NCBI GenBank assembly: GCA_963666365.2
Contig: CAXXNF010000002.1
Coordinates: 1,696,001-1,760,000, forward strand
Length of the DNA stretch: 64,000 nucleotides
Origin: Syntrophales bacterium
GTDB taxonomy: Bacteria > Desulfobacterota > Syntrophia > Syntrophales > UBA2210
Reading direction: 5' to 3'
Part shown: positions 50,437 through 60,910 of the stretch, piece after piece
Position numbering within the stretch: position 1 is the stretch's first letter
Layout: each line of letters starts with the position of its first letter
Notes under the pieces: generated by a model
The model's database searches: none
The model's input: only the letters and a program-made list of their open reading frames with translations
Told to the model about the DNA's origin: nothing
Translations under genes and position numbers: made by a program

Positions 50437-52554
50437 TCAGGGCTTCAGAATCACCGTGGCATCAACGGCAACAGGACGTCCGTTCACCACCGCCAGCGGA
50501 TTGATATCGATCTGTTCGATCCGGGGAGCGGCCAGGCCCAGGTTGCCCAGATTGACCAGTATCTCCGCCATCGCTGCTTCATCGAGGGGCGCCGTTCCCC
50601 TATAGCCCTGGAGGAGTTTCTTCCCCTTGATGCGCCCGATCAATTGGAGGGCCTCACCCCTTGAAAGCGGCGCCAGGGCAAACACCACGTCACGCGTCAG
50701 TTCCGAGAAGATACCCCCCAGGCCGAACATGACGACGGGACCGAACTGGTCGTCCCGGAGAAATCCGGCGATCAGTTCGTAATCGGCGGCGAGATGCCGC
50801 TGGATCAATAGACGCCCCTCACCATTCATTGAACTTTTCAGGTTCTCAAAGGCCTCTTTCAGGTCGTCTTCATGGGCAATGCCCAGGCGGACGAGCCCCG
50901 ATTCCGTTTTGTGCACCCGGCCGGGCACGAGCCCCTTGAGGGCCACGGGAAACCCCATTGCATCCGCTTTTTCATTCGCTTCCGAAAAAGAAGCGACAAG
51001 AGACTCTTCAACCACGGGAATCGCGCATGGCGCCAATATCCGCTTGCTTTCATGCTCATCCAGCACCCTTTCGGACGGTGACTCCGGCAAAAGATCCTGA
51101 ATATCGCATGATTCCGACAGCACAGGAGCAGAAAGATGAGAAGAGCCTGTTTCCGGGCGCGGTTGATACCGTGACGCCACAGCAAGACATTCCACAATTC
51201 TCGACAGTTCTCCCGACAGCGGAATGCCGCATCGCTGGGCCTCCTGCTTGAAGACCCGCGTCGCCTCACGGCGGCCGATCACCCAGCAGACCAGAATCTT
51301 TCCGGCACGGTCCGCCGCTTCCTTCATGCGGGCAAGCCCCTCGTAATTTTTATACAATCCGCTGAAATAGTGCAGAAATACGGCATCGATGGCCGGATCT
51401 TCTATCAGGGCGTTAAAGGCGCCCTCGTAGGCGGCAAGGGGACCCTTCAGGGCAAAGGCGGGGAAAAGATCCACCGGATTTGCCGCGGGGAGCCAGTCGG
51501 GGAACACGGCACTCAACTTCTGCATCGTTTCCGAAGAAAATTGCGCCACCTCCAATCCCTGTTCCTCCAGAAGATCGCAGGCTAAGATGCCTGCACCACC
51601 GCTGAAGGTCAATATCGCCGTTCGGCATGGCGAGGGCGTATGGGATATCATGGCAAGGGCGCGGGCAATTTCCATCATCTGCTGAAAATCGTGGGCGATG
51701 GTAACCCCGGCCATTGAAAGCACGCTGTCCTGCAGGACGGCATTGCCGGCCAGACTTGCCGTGTGGCTGAGGGCCGCTTTCGCCCCGGCGGAACTTTTTC
51801 CTCCTTTTAGAAGGACAATCGGTTTCGTCGCGCCCTTTGCCAGTTCCACAAAACGCTCTCCCCGGGGGATGGACTCCAGATAGAGGGCAACGGCGTCGGT
51901 CTCGTCATCCTGAAGCAGATACTCCAGTACATCGCATTCGTCCACATCCAACTTGTTGCCTATGGAACAGGCCTTTCCCACGCCGATGGACCGCTCGCTC
52001 ATCAGATCGGTCAGAAAACCGGCCGAAAGCATGCCGCTCTGCACGATCAGCGAAATCCGTCCCTCGATGAAGCCGTCCTCATACACCAGGGGGTGCATAA
52101 AGGTAAAAAGATGTTTTCGCGGGATGTCGACAAGACCCATGCAATTGGGGCCCCAGACGCGAATACCGGCGGCCTTCGCAATGGCCGCGCACCGCTCCTG
52201 CAGAACGTTGCCCTCCGCACCGACTTCTGAGAATCCGGCGCTCTGAATCATGACCCGGAAGATGCCCTTGCGCCCGCAGGCCTCCAGTGCCTCGGGGACT
52301 GAGGGTGCCGGTACGATAATGATGGCCATATCGACAGGTCCGGGGATCGCCTCCACCGTGGGAAACGCGGGCAGACCATGGATTCGTTCATAATTCGGAT
52401 TCACGGGAAATACAGCGCCTTTGTAGCCGTACAGAAGATTGCCTATCATCTGGCCGCCCAGGCTGTGCCGCCGTTCGCTGGCGCCGATCACCGCAATCGA
52501 CGCGGGATGAAAAAAAGTATGCATATCGTGCCTCTTCGCTTGAAAATATTTCAC
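50437..52554 (-). CDS. Acyl-CoA synthetase (NDP-forming), fused alpha+beta
   Basis: GPNCMG, QSG, SHTA, NPVD, then ATP-grasp (HKTE.G.V, FGPVVMFGLGG, DINPL). Start may be ATG 52524. Confidence 0.92.
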   Translation of the reverse strand: MKYFQAKRHDMHTFFHPASIAVIGASERRHSLGGQMIGNLLYGYKGAVFPVNPNYERIHGLPAFPTVEAIPGPVDMAIIIVPAPSVPEALEACGRKGIFRVMIQSAGFSEVGAEGNVLQERCAAIAKAAGIRVWGPNCMGLVDIPRKHLFTFMHPLVYEDGFIEGRISLIVQSGMLSAGFLTDLMSERSIGVGKACSIGNKLDVDECDVLEYLLQDDETDAVALYLESIPRGERFVELAKGATKPIVLLKGGKSSAGAKAALSHTASLAGNAVLQDSVLSMAGVTIAHDFQQMMEIARALAMISHTPSPCRTAILTFSGGAGILACDLLEEQGLEVAQFSSETMQKLSAVFPDWLPAANPVDLFPAFALKGPLAAYEGAFNALIEDPAIDAVFLHYFSGLYKNYEGLARMKEAADRAGKILVCWVIGRREATRVFKQEAQRCGIPLSGELSRIVECLAVASRYQPRPETGSSHLSAPVLSESCDIQDLLPESPSERVLDEHESKRILAPCAIPVVEESLVASFSEANEKADAMGFPVALKGLVPGRVHKTESGLVRLGIAHEDDLKEAFENLKSSMNGEGRLLIQRHLAADYELIAGFLRDDQFGPVVMFGLGGIFSELTRDVVFALAPLSRGEALQLIGRIKGKKLLQGYRGTAPLDEAAMAEILVNLGNLGLAAPRIEQIDINPLAVVNGRPVAVDATVILKP

Positions 52555-52631
52555 ACAGGGGCACCCCTTCCGCCGGTCCTGCGGACATCGCCATGACCCC
52601 TGCGCGGAACGTACAATTCGTTTCGCACAGC

Positions 52632-52660
52632 ACCATATGACGAACCCCCCTCGCTGTCAA
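52632..52660 (-). promoter_or_regulatory. Putative sigma70 promoter of the fused synthetase
   Basis: TTGACA-17nt-TATGGT. Confidence 0.55.
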
Positions 52661-52789
52661 CCAGTTTATATTTTCGCATTCATACTTGACAAAGTGCAGG
52701 CCCATCGATCATAAAATGGTGGTCCATCACATCCATGTCGCATCGGTCATGGAGCGGGAAGAAAACATACGGCACGAGGGGAATGTCTC

Positions 52790-53830
52790 ATGAAAGAAAT
52801 TTCTGCAGCGGCTGCTCATGGCAAATCCCAAGAGAGGCGGCGTGATGGATTCACCCCGCAGCCCTGGGCCCGAAACGCCCATATTCAGAGCATATTCGCC
52901 AGCCTGAAGCTCCGGGCGCTGGGCACAAACGAAATGGTCGACGCCTCCCGGGAAATAATCCTGGATTGCACCAACAATGCACGGCTTCTCGGTTATTATT
53001 CGCCCCACCCGCGGGGAAAGGCGCTGGTGCTCCTTTTGCACGGATGGGAGGGAAGCGCTGACTCCACCTACATACTTCACAGCGGCCGATACTTTTATCG
53101 GAACCACTTCGATATTTTCCGTTTGAACCTGCGCGATCACGGGGAAACCCATCATTTGAACGAGGGAATTTTTCACGGCGCGCTGCTGGATGAAGTGGTG
53201 GAGGCAACGCATCGAGTAGCCGAACTCGCCGCCGGACGGCCCTTTTTTATTGTCGGTTTTTCCCTGGGAGGCAACTTCGCCCTTCGTATCGCCCGCAGCC
53301 ATGGAACACGCCCGATTACAGGGCTCCGCCATATCGTCTGTGTAAGTCCGCTGCTTGATCCTTACAAGGCCACACTCTGCATCGACAACGGCATGCCCAT
53401 CTATCGCTATTATTTCCGGAAAAAGTGGAAACGGTCACTCAAGCAGAAAGGGGATCTCTTTCCGGATCTCTACGACTTCAAGGACATCCTGCAGTTACAC
53501 AGCACCCTGGCAATGACTGACCTGCTGATACAGCGCTACAGCGATTTCAGCGACTACCGGGAATACTTCAACCAGTATACCCTTCTGGGAGATGCCCTAG
53601 CCGACCTTACGATTCCCGTGACGGCCATTGCCTCCGAAGACGATCCGGTCATTCCCGCAGGTGATTTTCATGAACTCACGAAAAATTCATTCCTTGAACT
53701 TGATATGCAGCCCTATGGAGGGCACTGCGGCTTTCTCCATCCCTTTCCCTTTGGATGCTGGTACGAACCGCACTGTACCCGGATATTCGACTCCTATATC
53801 GAGGCATCGCATCGGCACGAACCATCATGA
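52790..53830 (+). CDS. Alpha/beta hydrolase (YheT-like)
   Basis: HGWEGS, GFSLGG nucleophile elbow, DDPVI, GGHCGF. Confidence 0.9.
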   Translation: MKEISAAAAHGKSQERRRDGFTPQPWARNAHIQSIFASLKLRALGTNEMVDASREIILDCTNNARLLGYYSPHPRGKALVLLLHGWEGSADSTYILHSGRYFYRNHFDIFRLNLRDHGETHHLNEGIFHGALLDEVVEATHRVAELAAGRPFFIVGFSLGGNFALRIARSHGTRPITGLRHIVCVSPLLDPYKATLCIDNGMPIYRYYFRKKWKRSLKQKGDLFPDLYDFKDILQLHSTLAMTDLLIQRYSDFSDYREYFNQYTLLGDALADLTIPVTAIASEDDPVIPAGDFHELTKNSFLELDMQPYGGHCGFLHPFPFGCWYEPHCTRIFDSYIEASHRHEPS

Positions 53831-54604
53831 GCGTAAAGGACAGCGAAAGGATTTCAGATTGATCCCAAGGGGGAAATCTGTTTTCAGACAGGCCAGATCA
53901 CGGGCGAGGCGCGCCTCTTCAGTGTGACGGTATATCATCTCACCCGTTTTGCCCGGAATTGTATGGGCCAGAGCGAGAATCGCATCGAGATCCCCTATTT
54001 CATTCACGAGACGGGCCGCCGTCTTCATCCCCACAGAGGGAACACCGGGGATATTATTTGTCGCATCACCCGCGAGGGCAAGCAGATCCACAAAGCGTTC
54101 CGGTTCGACGCCGTATTTCCCCCTCACCCACGCACGGTCCAGATCCCGTTTTTGAAAGTGATCCCGAACGGTGATGAAATCGGAAAGCAGCTGGATAAAT
54201 ATTTTGTCCGTCGAAAGAATGATGACCCTGCCCTTTCGGCGCGCAACCTTGTCGGCAAGCGTGGCGATCACATCATCGGCTTCCAATTCGGAAAAGGAGA
54301 GACTGGGCGCCCCCTCCTCCGAAAAGGCATCGGCAATGGAAGAAAGCCCCTCTTTCAAGGACACGGGCATGGGCTCCCGGTGTGCCTTGTAGGCGGGATA
54401 TCGCCGACGACGCCAGCCGGGCTGCGGGCCGTCAAACACGGCAACCGCATGGGTCGGCGCCGCCTCTTTGAGGGCGCGCCTGAGGGATTGTACGCTGGTG
54501 GAAATCGCGCTTTGCACACGCTCAGGGCCATCGTCTCCCGGCTGTGCCGCATATATGCGACGGACAAGATTGAGTCCGTCCACCACAAGAAAGGTAATAC
54601 CCAT
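53825..54604 (-). CDS. xni: Stand-alone flap endonuclease Xni (ExoIX) / 5'-3' exonuclease
   Basis: VDGLNLVRRI, YKA.R, EADD, STDK, LAGD..NIPGV..VG.KTA. Confidence 0.82.
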   Translation of the reverse strand: MGITFLVVDGLNLVRRIYAAQPGDDGPERVQSAISTSVQSLRRALKEAAPTHAVAVFDGPQPGWRRRRYPAYKAHREPMPVSLKEGLSSIADAFSEEGAPSLSFSELEADDVIATLADKVARRKGRVIILSTDKIFIQLLSDFITVRDHFQKRDLDRAWVRGKYGVEPERFVDLLALAGDATNNIPGVPSVGMKTAARLVNEIGDLDAILALAHTIPGKTGEMIYRHTEEARLARDLACLKTDFPLGINLKSFRCPLRS

Positions 54605-54740
54605 ATTCCCGTTCCGGATGACGGGTGTGTATGTGCAGCAGCACACTCCCGCCAGCGGGCTCGGAGAGGACCGGCCATCTCTTCTTGTCCATGGAAAGAA
54701 TTGATGGGCCGGCATCCTCTTTTCGACAGTCAGTTATGCC

Positions 54741-55421
54741 TTATTGCTTCTCGTTCAATACCACCAGGGCATCGACGGCTACCGGTTTCCCATTCAGGAT
54801 CTTCAACGGGTTTATGTCAATCTCTTTGACCGCATCGTATTCGAGACCGATCTTACCGATGGCGATCAATATATCCGAAAGCACCTTTTTGTCCACTTCA
54901 GGCTTCCCTCGAAAGGCGCCGAGAATCTTCTTCGCACGAATCTCCCCCATCATATCCTCGGCGTCCCACTGGGTCAAAGGCGCAACACGGAACGACACAT
55001 CCTCGAGGATTTCCGTAAAAATACCGCCCAGACCGAACATGACACAGGGGCCGAACTGTGGATCGCGGGTAAGCCCCACCACAAGCTCACGGTCCCCTTT
55101 GACCATCTGCTGCACCAGCACTTCTTTCACTGCGGAGTTCTCTCTCAAACCCCTGAAGGCCTCCCGCACCTCGCTGTCGGTCCTAAGATCGAGCCTGATC
55201 AGATTCATCTCCGTTTTATGGGCAAGCTCGGCCCCCGATCCCTTAAGAACGATGGGGTAACCTATCTCGGCCGCTACGGACGCAGCCTCTTCTTCGGTGG
55301 TCACCACCTGTTCCCGGGTTACGGGAATGCCATGGGAGGCCAGAAAGAGTTTAGAGTCGTGCTCCGATAAGGTTTTTTCACCTCGTTTCAGTGCTTCTTC
55401 AAGAATCTTCATTATACCCAT
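54741..55421 (-). CDS. Acyl-CoA synthetase (NDP-forming) beta subunit (ATP-grasp)
   Basis: LSEHDSK, HKTE, DPQFGPCVMFGLGG, DINPL. Confidence 0.92.
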   Translation of the reverse strand: MGIMKILEEALKRGEKTLSEHDSKLFLASHGIPVTREQVVTTEEEAASVAAEIGYPIVLKGSGAELAHKTEMNLIRLDLRTDSEVREAFRGLRENSAVKEVLVQQMVKGDRELVVGLTRDPQFGPCVMFGLGGIFTEILEDVSFRVAPLTQWDAEDMMGEIRAKKILGAFRGKPEVDKKVLSDILIAIGKIGLEYDAVKEIDINPLKILNGKPVAVDALVVLNEKQ

Positions 55422-55432
55422 ATCTCCTTTAA

Positions 55433-56911
55433 CTAATCGTTTTGGTTATTATCTTCAATCGGCGAATCCAGAAACCGCCTGTAATCGACCATCCGGGCCA
55501 GTGCCCGGACCGCACGCTCAGGCGTGGGATAGGATACCACCTGATGATTCATAAGATCCGATTTGTGATCCTCATAATCGCCCAGCGTCACGATGATAAT
55601 CGGTTTTCCCGTTTTATCCACCAGATTGCGCGCATGATCCAGCACAATATCGTTTTGTCCCGCGTAATCTTTGGCGATTTCTCGCGCAAAGGCCAGTGTT
55701 TTTTTCAGTTCTTCCGTCCCTTTGACGTTGTCGTTAAAATCCAGCGCCCCCTGGATCGATCCGCCAAGTGCGATAACGGCATCCACCTCATCCCATTCGG
55801 CCAGTATTTCCAGGCATTCCAGATAGGGTTCCGATGTAATGACCGCTGCCATGTCCACCGGATTTCCGTGACTCCAGTAGGGGGGAAGAATCCTGTTCAT
55901 TTTTTCGATAATATCGTCGGAAAGCGGGGGAATCACCAGTCCGTGCTCCTCGCAGGAATCGGCGGTGATCACGCCCCATCCACCGCCCCGCGTCAGAATG
56001 GCAATGCGGTTTCCTCTGGGAGTCGGATATGCCGAAAAGGCCTTTGCACAGTCCACGAGCCCCTGGCTGTCTTCTATCTCGATGATGCCTGCCTGATGGA
56101 AGGCCGCCCTCAGGACGTGCGATGACACGGCCATGGCGCCGCTGTGAGAGGCCGCCGCTTTGCCGCCCGTCTGTGTTCTCCCCCCCTTGAATATCAAAAC
56201 CGGCTTCTTCCTGCACACATTGCGTGCCACCCGGTATAGTTCGGTATCGGCATCAAGCCCCTCCATATAGGCCAGTATGACCGAGGTGGCCCCATCTTCG
56301 GCAAAATAGTCAAGGTAGTCTTCGCATTTCAGGTCGCCTTCGTTGCCGCTGCTTACGAACTTATTAAACCCCACGCCCTTGTTGATGCCCCAGTAGAGCA
56401 TCTGCACCCCCACATTTCCGCTTTGCGAAAACATGGAGAGCGATCCGTGCAGCGGCATCACTGGCGGCATCAGTGCGTGCAGATTGGTGCGGGCGCTGAA
56501 AATGCCCATGGTGTTGGGCCCCACGAGACGCATGCCGTATCTGTGCGCCTTTTCCACAATCTCCTGCTCCATCCGCGCCCCTTCGGGACCGGTCTCACTG
56601 AAATCCGAGGTTATGACGACTACATAGGGCACTCCTTTTCTACCACACTCATCAATCAGCGACGATACGGTGGGTGCGGGTGTGGTAATCACGACCAGAT
56701 CCACCGGTTCCGGAATCGCTTCAAGAGAAGGATAGCAGGGAAGTCCCAATATAGAATCCAGTTTCGGGTTGACCGGATAGACGAGCCCCTCAAACTCCCC
56801 CTTTAAAATATTGAAAAGAACAATGAACCCCCATTTTATCGGATTTGCCGATGCGCCGACGAGGGCCAGGCTACGAGGGTTGAAGAGAGTATCGAGATTG
56901 TGCGTTTTCAT
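55433..56911 (-). CDS. Acyl-CoA synthetase (NDP-forming) alpha subunit
   Basis: NPRSLALVGAS, GPNTMG, SQSG, SHSG, NPVD. Start 56911 or 56941. Confidence 0.9.
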   Translation of the reverse strand: MKTHNLDTLFNPRSLALVGASANPIKWGFIVLFNILKGEFEGLVYPVNPKLDSILGLPCYPSLEAIPEPVDLVVITTPAPTVSSLIDECGRKGVPYVVVITSDFSETGPEGARMEQEIVEKAHRYGMRLVGPNTMGIFSARTNLHALMPPVMPLHGSLSMFSQSGNVGVQMLYWGINKGVGFNKFVSSGNEGDLKCEDYLDYFAEDGATSVILAYMEGLDADTELYRVARNVCRKKPVLIFKGGRTQTGGKAAASHSGAMAVSSHVLRAAFHQAGIIEIEDSQGLVDCAKAFSAYPTPRGNRIAILTRGGGWGVITADSCEEHGLVIPPLSDDIIEKMNRILPPYWSHGNPVDMAAVITSEPYLECLEILAEWDEVDAVIALGGSIQGALDFNDNVKGTEELKKTLAFAREIAKDYAGQNDIVLDHARNLVDKTGKPIIIVTLGDYEDHKSDLMNHQVVSYPTPERAVRALARMVDYRRFLDSPIEDNNQND

Positions 56912-57009
56912 ATCACCTCTCGCTTTCCAGTTATCCTTCATGCATCTTTTTCATATATCATTCCGGATTAGACCACTACCTGAATCTGCCCTTTCGCGCA
57001 ACCCTTATT

Positions 57010-57837
57010 TTACAGCACCTCTTTGCGGATGAAATCGACGGCGTTTCGAAAGATGGCAAGTCCCATCCCCTCTTCCGGCAGATCCTCCCTCGTCCACCGC
57101 GGGTGGTTCGTGCGATGAAGGTAGGCCTCCGGATGGGGCATGAGACCGAAAAGCCTGCCCGTCTCGTCGCAGATTCCCGCGACTGCATCGATGGATCCGT
57201 TTGGATTTCCGGGATAGGTCATGACCGGCTCCCGATAGTGGCTGTCACTGTATTGAAGCACCACCTGCCCCTGGGCGTGGAGTCGTTCCAGAACACCTTC
57301 ATCATCGGCGATAAATTTTCCTTCACCATGTCGCACAGGAAAATAGAGTCCCCCCAGTCCCTGGGTAAACACGCAGGGTGATTCCTGACGCACTTTGAGA
57401 TAGACCCATCGGTCCTCAAAACGGCCGCAATCGTTGAAGGCCAGCGTCACCGCCTGGCGGCGGTAATCCCTGCCGAGCGCGGGGAGCAGTCCCAGCTTTA
57501 CCATCAGTTGAAAGCCGTTACAGACACCAAGCACCAGTTTTCCATCCTCGATAAAACGGATCAGCTGATCATAGAGTCGCTCTTTACCGCTCCCTATGCG
57601 GGCATGAATGATTCTGTTGGCCCCCGCCTTTGCCGAACCCAGATCGTCGCCGTCAAGAAACCCGCCGGGCAAATTTAAAAAATGATAGTCGTCAAGTCTT
57701 CTGTCTCCATACAGCAGTTCGCTTATATGGACGATATCGACCTCGTCGGAACCGGCAAGACGGCAGGCATGGGCCATTTCCATTTCACAGTTCGTTCCGT
57801 TTCCGGTAATCACTATTGATCGTAAAGGTTTTGTCAT
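57010..57837 (-). CDS. purQ: Phosphoribosylformylglycinamidine synthase glutaminase subunit
   Basis: GTNCE, PGGF..GD, GVCNGFQ, HGEG, NPNGS, MPHPE. Confidence 0.95.
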   Translation of the reverse strand: MTKPLRSIVITGNGTNCEMEMAHACRLAGSDEVDIVHISELLYGDRRLDDYHFLNLPGGFLDGDDLGSAKAGANRIIHARIGSGKERLYDQLIRFIEDGKLVLGVCNGFQLMVKLGLLPALGRDYRRQAVTLAFNDCGRFEDRWVYLKVRQESPCVFTQGLGGLYFPVRHGEGKFIADDEGVLERLHAQGQVVLQYSDSHYREPVMTYPGNPNGSIDAVAGICDETGRLFGLMPHPEAYLHRTNHPRWTREDLPEEGMGLAIFRNAVDFIRKEVL

Positions 57838-57849
57838 GATCGCTTTCCA

Positions 57850-57891
57850 CGTTCTACGTTCTATGTTCTACGTTCTATGTTCTATGTTTTG
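57850..57891. repeat. Heptamer tandem repeat (C/T)GTTCTA x5 plus one degenerate copy
   Basis: CGTTCTA CGTTCTA TGTTCTA CGTTCTA TGTTCTA TGTTTTG between purL and purQ. Confidence 0.9.
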
Positions 57892-57910
57892 GGAATTCGC
57901 CCGGAATTTG

Positions 57911-60910
57911 CTAGAAGGCCAGCGGTTTCTGCCAGGCAGCCTTCAGCTCCGCCGTCTCTTCCCTGATTAATTCTTCTCCCTCATGACCCTGGACCAGCAG
58001 GAGTCCATCGTCGGTCACGCACCCGATTTCAGCACAGACAGTCCCCGCCATGACATTTTCAAATGCATCTTTCAACTCGGGCCGCACGGTCACGACAAAG
58101 CGGCTCGGCGTCTCCGAAAAGAGGATAAAGTCGTTTCTGTCGACGTCTTCGACAGGCGCCTTCGACAGATCAACGGTCATCCCCAGTCCCCCCGAAAAGG
58201 CCGTTTCCGCCAGGGCAATACCCAACCCCCCGTCGGAACAATCGTGACAGGAGGCGACAAGACCGCCGGCAATGGCGCGGCTGAGGGCCTGGTAGCGCGC
58301 TTTTGCCTCGGCGCCCCGCACCCGGGGCACCCTATTGCCGGTCGCTCCGTAAAGGGCGAACCATTCCGAACCACCCAGTTCGTTCCGTGTTTCACCGATC
58401 ACATACACACGATCCCCGGGGCGCTTCGCGTCCATGGTGACGGCCTTTCTCACATCGTCTATTTTGCCCAGCACCGAAAATAGAAGTGTAGGCGGAATAG
58501 AGATCTTCGTAGTCCCGATGATATAGTCGTTCTTCATACTGTCTTTTCCCGATATGCAGGGAACGCCGAAGAGGGTGGTATACTCGTAGAGCGCCTGGTT
58601 GGCACGCACAAGCTGGGCCAGTTTATACCGCCCGTCCGGGGTCTTTTCCGATTCCACGGGATCACACCAGCAGAAGTTGTCGATGCCCGCCATTCGGTCC
58701 AGGGAACCGCCCACGGCAATGGCGTTGCGCACGGCCTCATCTATGGCGCAGGCCGCCATGTGATAGGCATCGATATCGCTGTAACGGGGGCAGATTCCGT
58801 TGGCCACGACTATCCCCTCAAAGGATTCGAGAATGGGCCTGATGACGGCGGCGTCGCTGGGACCGTCGTTTACCGCACCGACCAGGGGTTTGATTACGCT
58901 TCCGCCCTGTACCTCATGATCGTACTGGCGGACCACCGACTCCTTGCTGCAGATGTTGAGCCGCGAGAGCATGGTTTTCAATGCGGCGCCCATCTCTGCC
59001 GGTTCCGGGAAATCGGGCTCTTCGTATACCAGCGGCCGCCATGCGGCCGAGAGCTTCATGGGGGGAAGCCCCTCATGGAGAAAATGCATATCCAGATAGG
59101 CCACGGTGCACTCCCCATAGCGAATGTGGTATTTACCGGAATCGGTAAAGGTCCCCAGGACGGTGGCCTCTACATCCATACGCTTCGCCAGCTCAAGGAA
59201 AGCATCGAGTCTTTCCGGTTTTATGGCCAGGCTCATGCGCTCCTGGGCCTCCGATATAAGAATTTCCCAGGGCTGGAGGCCGGCGTACTTCAAAGGCGCC
59301 CGGGCAAGATCCATGTCGCAGCCGCCGCAGAGTGTGGCCATCTCACCCACCGACGAGGACAGCCCACCGGCTCCGTTATCGGTAATAGCCCGGTAATACC
59401 CTCTATCCCGCGCAATCAGGAGAAAGTCGGTCATCTTTTTCTGGGTGATGGGATCTCCGATCTGAACCGCCGTGACAGGCGATCCTTCATGAAGCTCCTC
59501 CGATGAGAAGGTTGCCCCGTGGATGCCGTCCTTGCCGATTCTCCCCCCTACCATGACAATGACATCGCCGGGCAGGATCGTTTTGGTATGACTCGGTTCT
59601 CCGTCTATCTCCGCCGGCATGATACCGCCGGTTCCGCAGTAGACAAGAGGTTTTCCGAGATAACGATCATCAAAGACGATGCAGCCGTTGACCGTGGGGA
59701 TACCGCTCTTGTTCCCCCCGTGCTCCACCCCCTCCCGCACCCCTTCGAAAATCCGCCGTGGATGAAGGATGCGGGCGGGAAGCGGTCGATCGTAGAAAGG
59801 GTTGGCAAAGCAGAACACATCGGTATTGAATATCAGTTTGGCCCCCCTGCCGGTCCCGAAGGGATCGCGGTTCACGCCGACAATTCCCGTGAGAGCGCCG
59901 CCGTAAGGATCAAGCGCCGACGGTGAGTTGTGCGTTTCTACCTTGAAGACAAGGTTGTACTCATCATTGAACTGTATCACCCCGGCATTGTCTACAAATA
60001 CGGACCGGCACCAGTCCTCGCTGCCGAGGGCCTCACGGATTTTCCTGGTCGATCCCTTGATGTAGGTGCTGAAGAGCGACTCTATGACCTCCGTTTCGCC
60101 CGATTCGTTTTCGTAGTCAATGGTGCTGTTGAAGATTTTGTGCTTGCAGTGTTCGGACCAGGTCTGTGCCAGCGCCTCCAGCTCTACATCGGTGATCAGG
60201 TGCGAAAGTCCGACCTTTTTTCGTTCTTCAATAACCGTCCCATCGGACAGATGATCCCGAATTACTTTCATTTCTTCGGTCGTAAGGGCGAGCACTCTCG
60301 TAGTGCTGATGTTCTGCAGTTCCTCTTCGGAAACATTCAAATCCAGTTCCTCTACATGAGGTTCCTCTTCGATATGTACGCGAGGAACAGTGGGCGCCAC
60401 CCCCTTTACGGAATCCCATGCGCGGCCGTCTATAATTTCGTAGCGCTGAATCAGGTCATTGGCCAACAGCCCCGAGGCGATCTCTTCGGCCTCTTCTTTC
60501 GTGCAGGCGCCCCTGATGAGGTACTGCCGAGAGGTGTAGACGCCCCGCGGTTCTTCTTTCTTCCCTTCAAGCATCAAGGCAAGGGCTTCGCGGGCGGTTT
60601 TTCCCACGTTATCGGTGACGCCGGGGCGGAATCCCACTTCGATGAGCCAGGAGAAATCCCGTGCCAGGGGCCTGTTTACGCCGTAATGCTGGATAAGGGG
60701 ATCAGAAAGAGGTCCCTCGGCGGCGGCTTTCAGCTCGTCCTCCGAGAGATTCCCCTCGATGGTGTAGACCTCAATGGTGGCAACTTCGTCAACATTTATA
60801 CCCAGTTGCTCATGTATCTTCTTTTTTGTCCTTTCGCCAAGGGCATCCCGTATCCCCTCTTTAAACCCTATTACGATTCTGTTGATCATAGTCATCTCTT
60901 TCTTGCTCAT
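57911..60910 (-). CDS. purL: Phosphoribosylformylglycinamidine synthase synthetase subunit with N-terminal PurS-like extension
   Basis: PGVTD, QTWSEHCKHKIF, KVETHNSPS, DNGAGGLSS, SEAQERM, ISGKDS, HDCSDGG. Confidence 0.95.
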   Translation of the reverse strand: MSKKEMTMINRIVIGFKEGIRDALGERTKKKIHEQLGINVDEVATIEVYTIEGNLSEDELKAAAEGPLSDPLIQHYGVNRPLARDFSWLIEVGFRPGVTDNVGKTAREALALMLEGKKEEPRGVYTSRQYLIRGACTKEEAEEIASGLLANDLIQRYEIIDGRAWDSVKGVAPTVPRVHIEEEPHVEELDLNVSEEELQNISTTRVLALTTEEMKVIRDHLSDGTVIEERKKVGLSHLITDVELEALAQTWSEHCKHKIFNSTIDYENESGETEVIESLFSTYIKGSTRKIREALGSEDWCRSVFVDNAGVIQFNDEYNLVFKVETHNSPSALDPYGGALTGIVGVNRDPFGTGRGAKLIFNTDVFCFANPFYDRPLPARILHPRRIFEGVREGVEHGGNKSGIPTVNGCIVFDDRYLGKPLVYCGTGGIMPAEIDGEPSHTKTILPGDVIVMVGGRIGKDGIHGATFSSEELHEGSPVTAVQIGDPITQKKMTDFLLIARDRGYYRAITDNGAGGLSSSVGEMATLCGGCDMDLARAPLKYAGLQPWEILISEAQERMSLAIKPERLDAFLELAKRMDVEATVLGTFTDSGKYHIRYGECTVAYLDMHFLHEGLPPMKLSAAWRPLVYEEPDFPEPAEMGAALKTMLSRLNICSKESVVRQYDHEVQGGSVIKPLVGAVNDGPSDAAVIRPILESFEGIVVANGICPRYSDIDAYHMAACAIDEAVRNAIAVGGSLDRMAGIDNFCWCDPVESEKTPDGRYKLAQLVRANQALYEYTTLFGVPCISGKDSMKNDYIIGTTKISIPPTLLFSVLGKIDDVRKAVTMDAKRPGDRVYVIGETRNELGGSEWFALYGATGNRVPRVRGAEAKARYQALSRAIAGGLVASCHDCSDGGLGIALAETAFSGGLGMTVDLSKAPVEDVDRNDFILFSETPSRFVVTVRPELKDAFENVMAGTVCAEIGCVTDDGLLLVQGHEGEELIREETAELKAAWQKPLAF

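Noticed and set aside
57850..57891. CRISPR array
   Set aside because: 7-bp units without spacers and no cas genes; no CRISPR-like repeat was seen anywhere in the window
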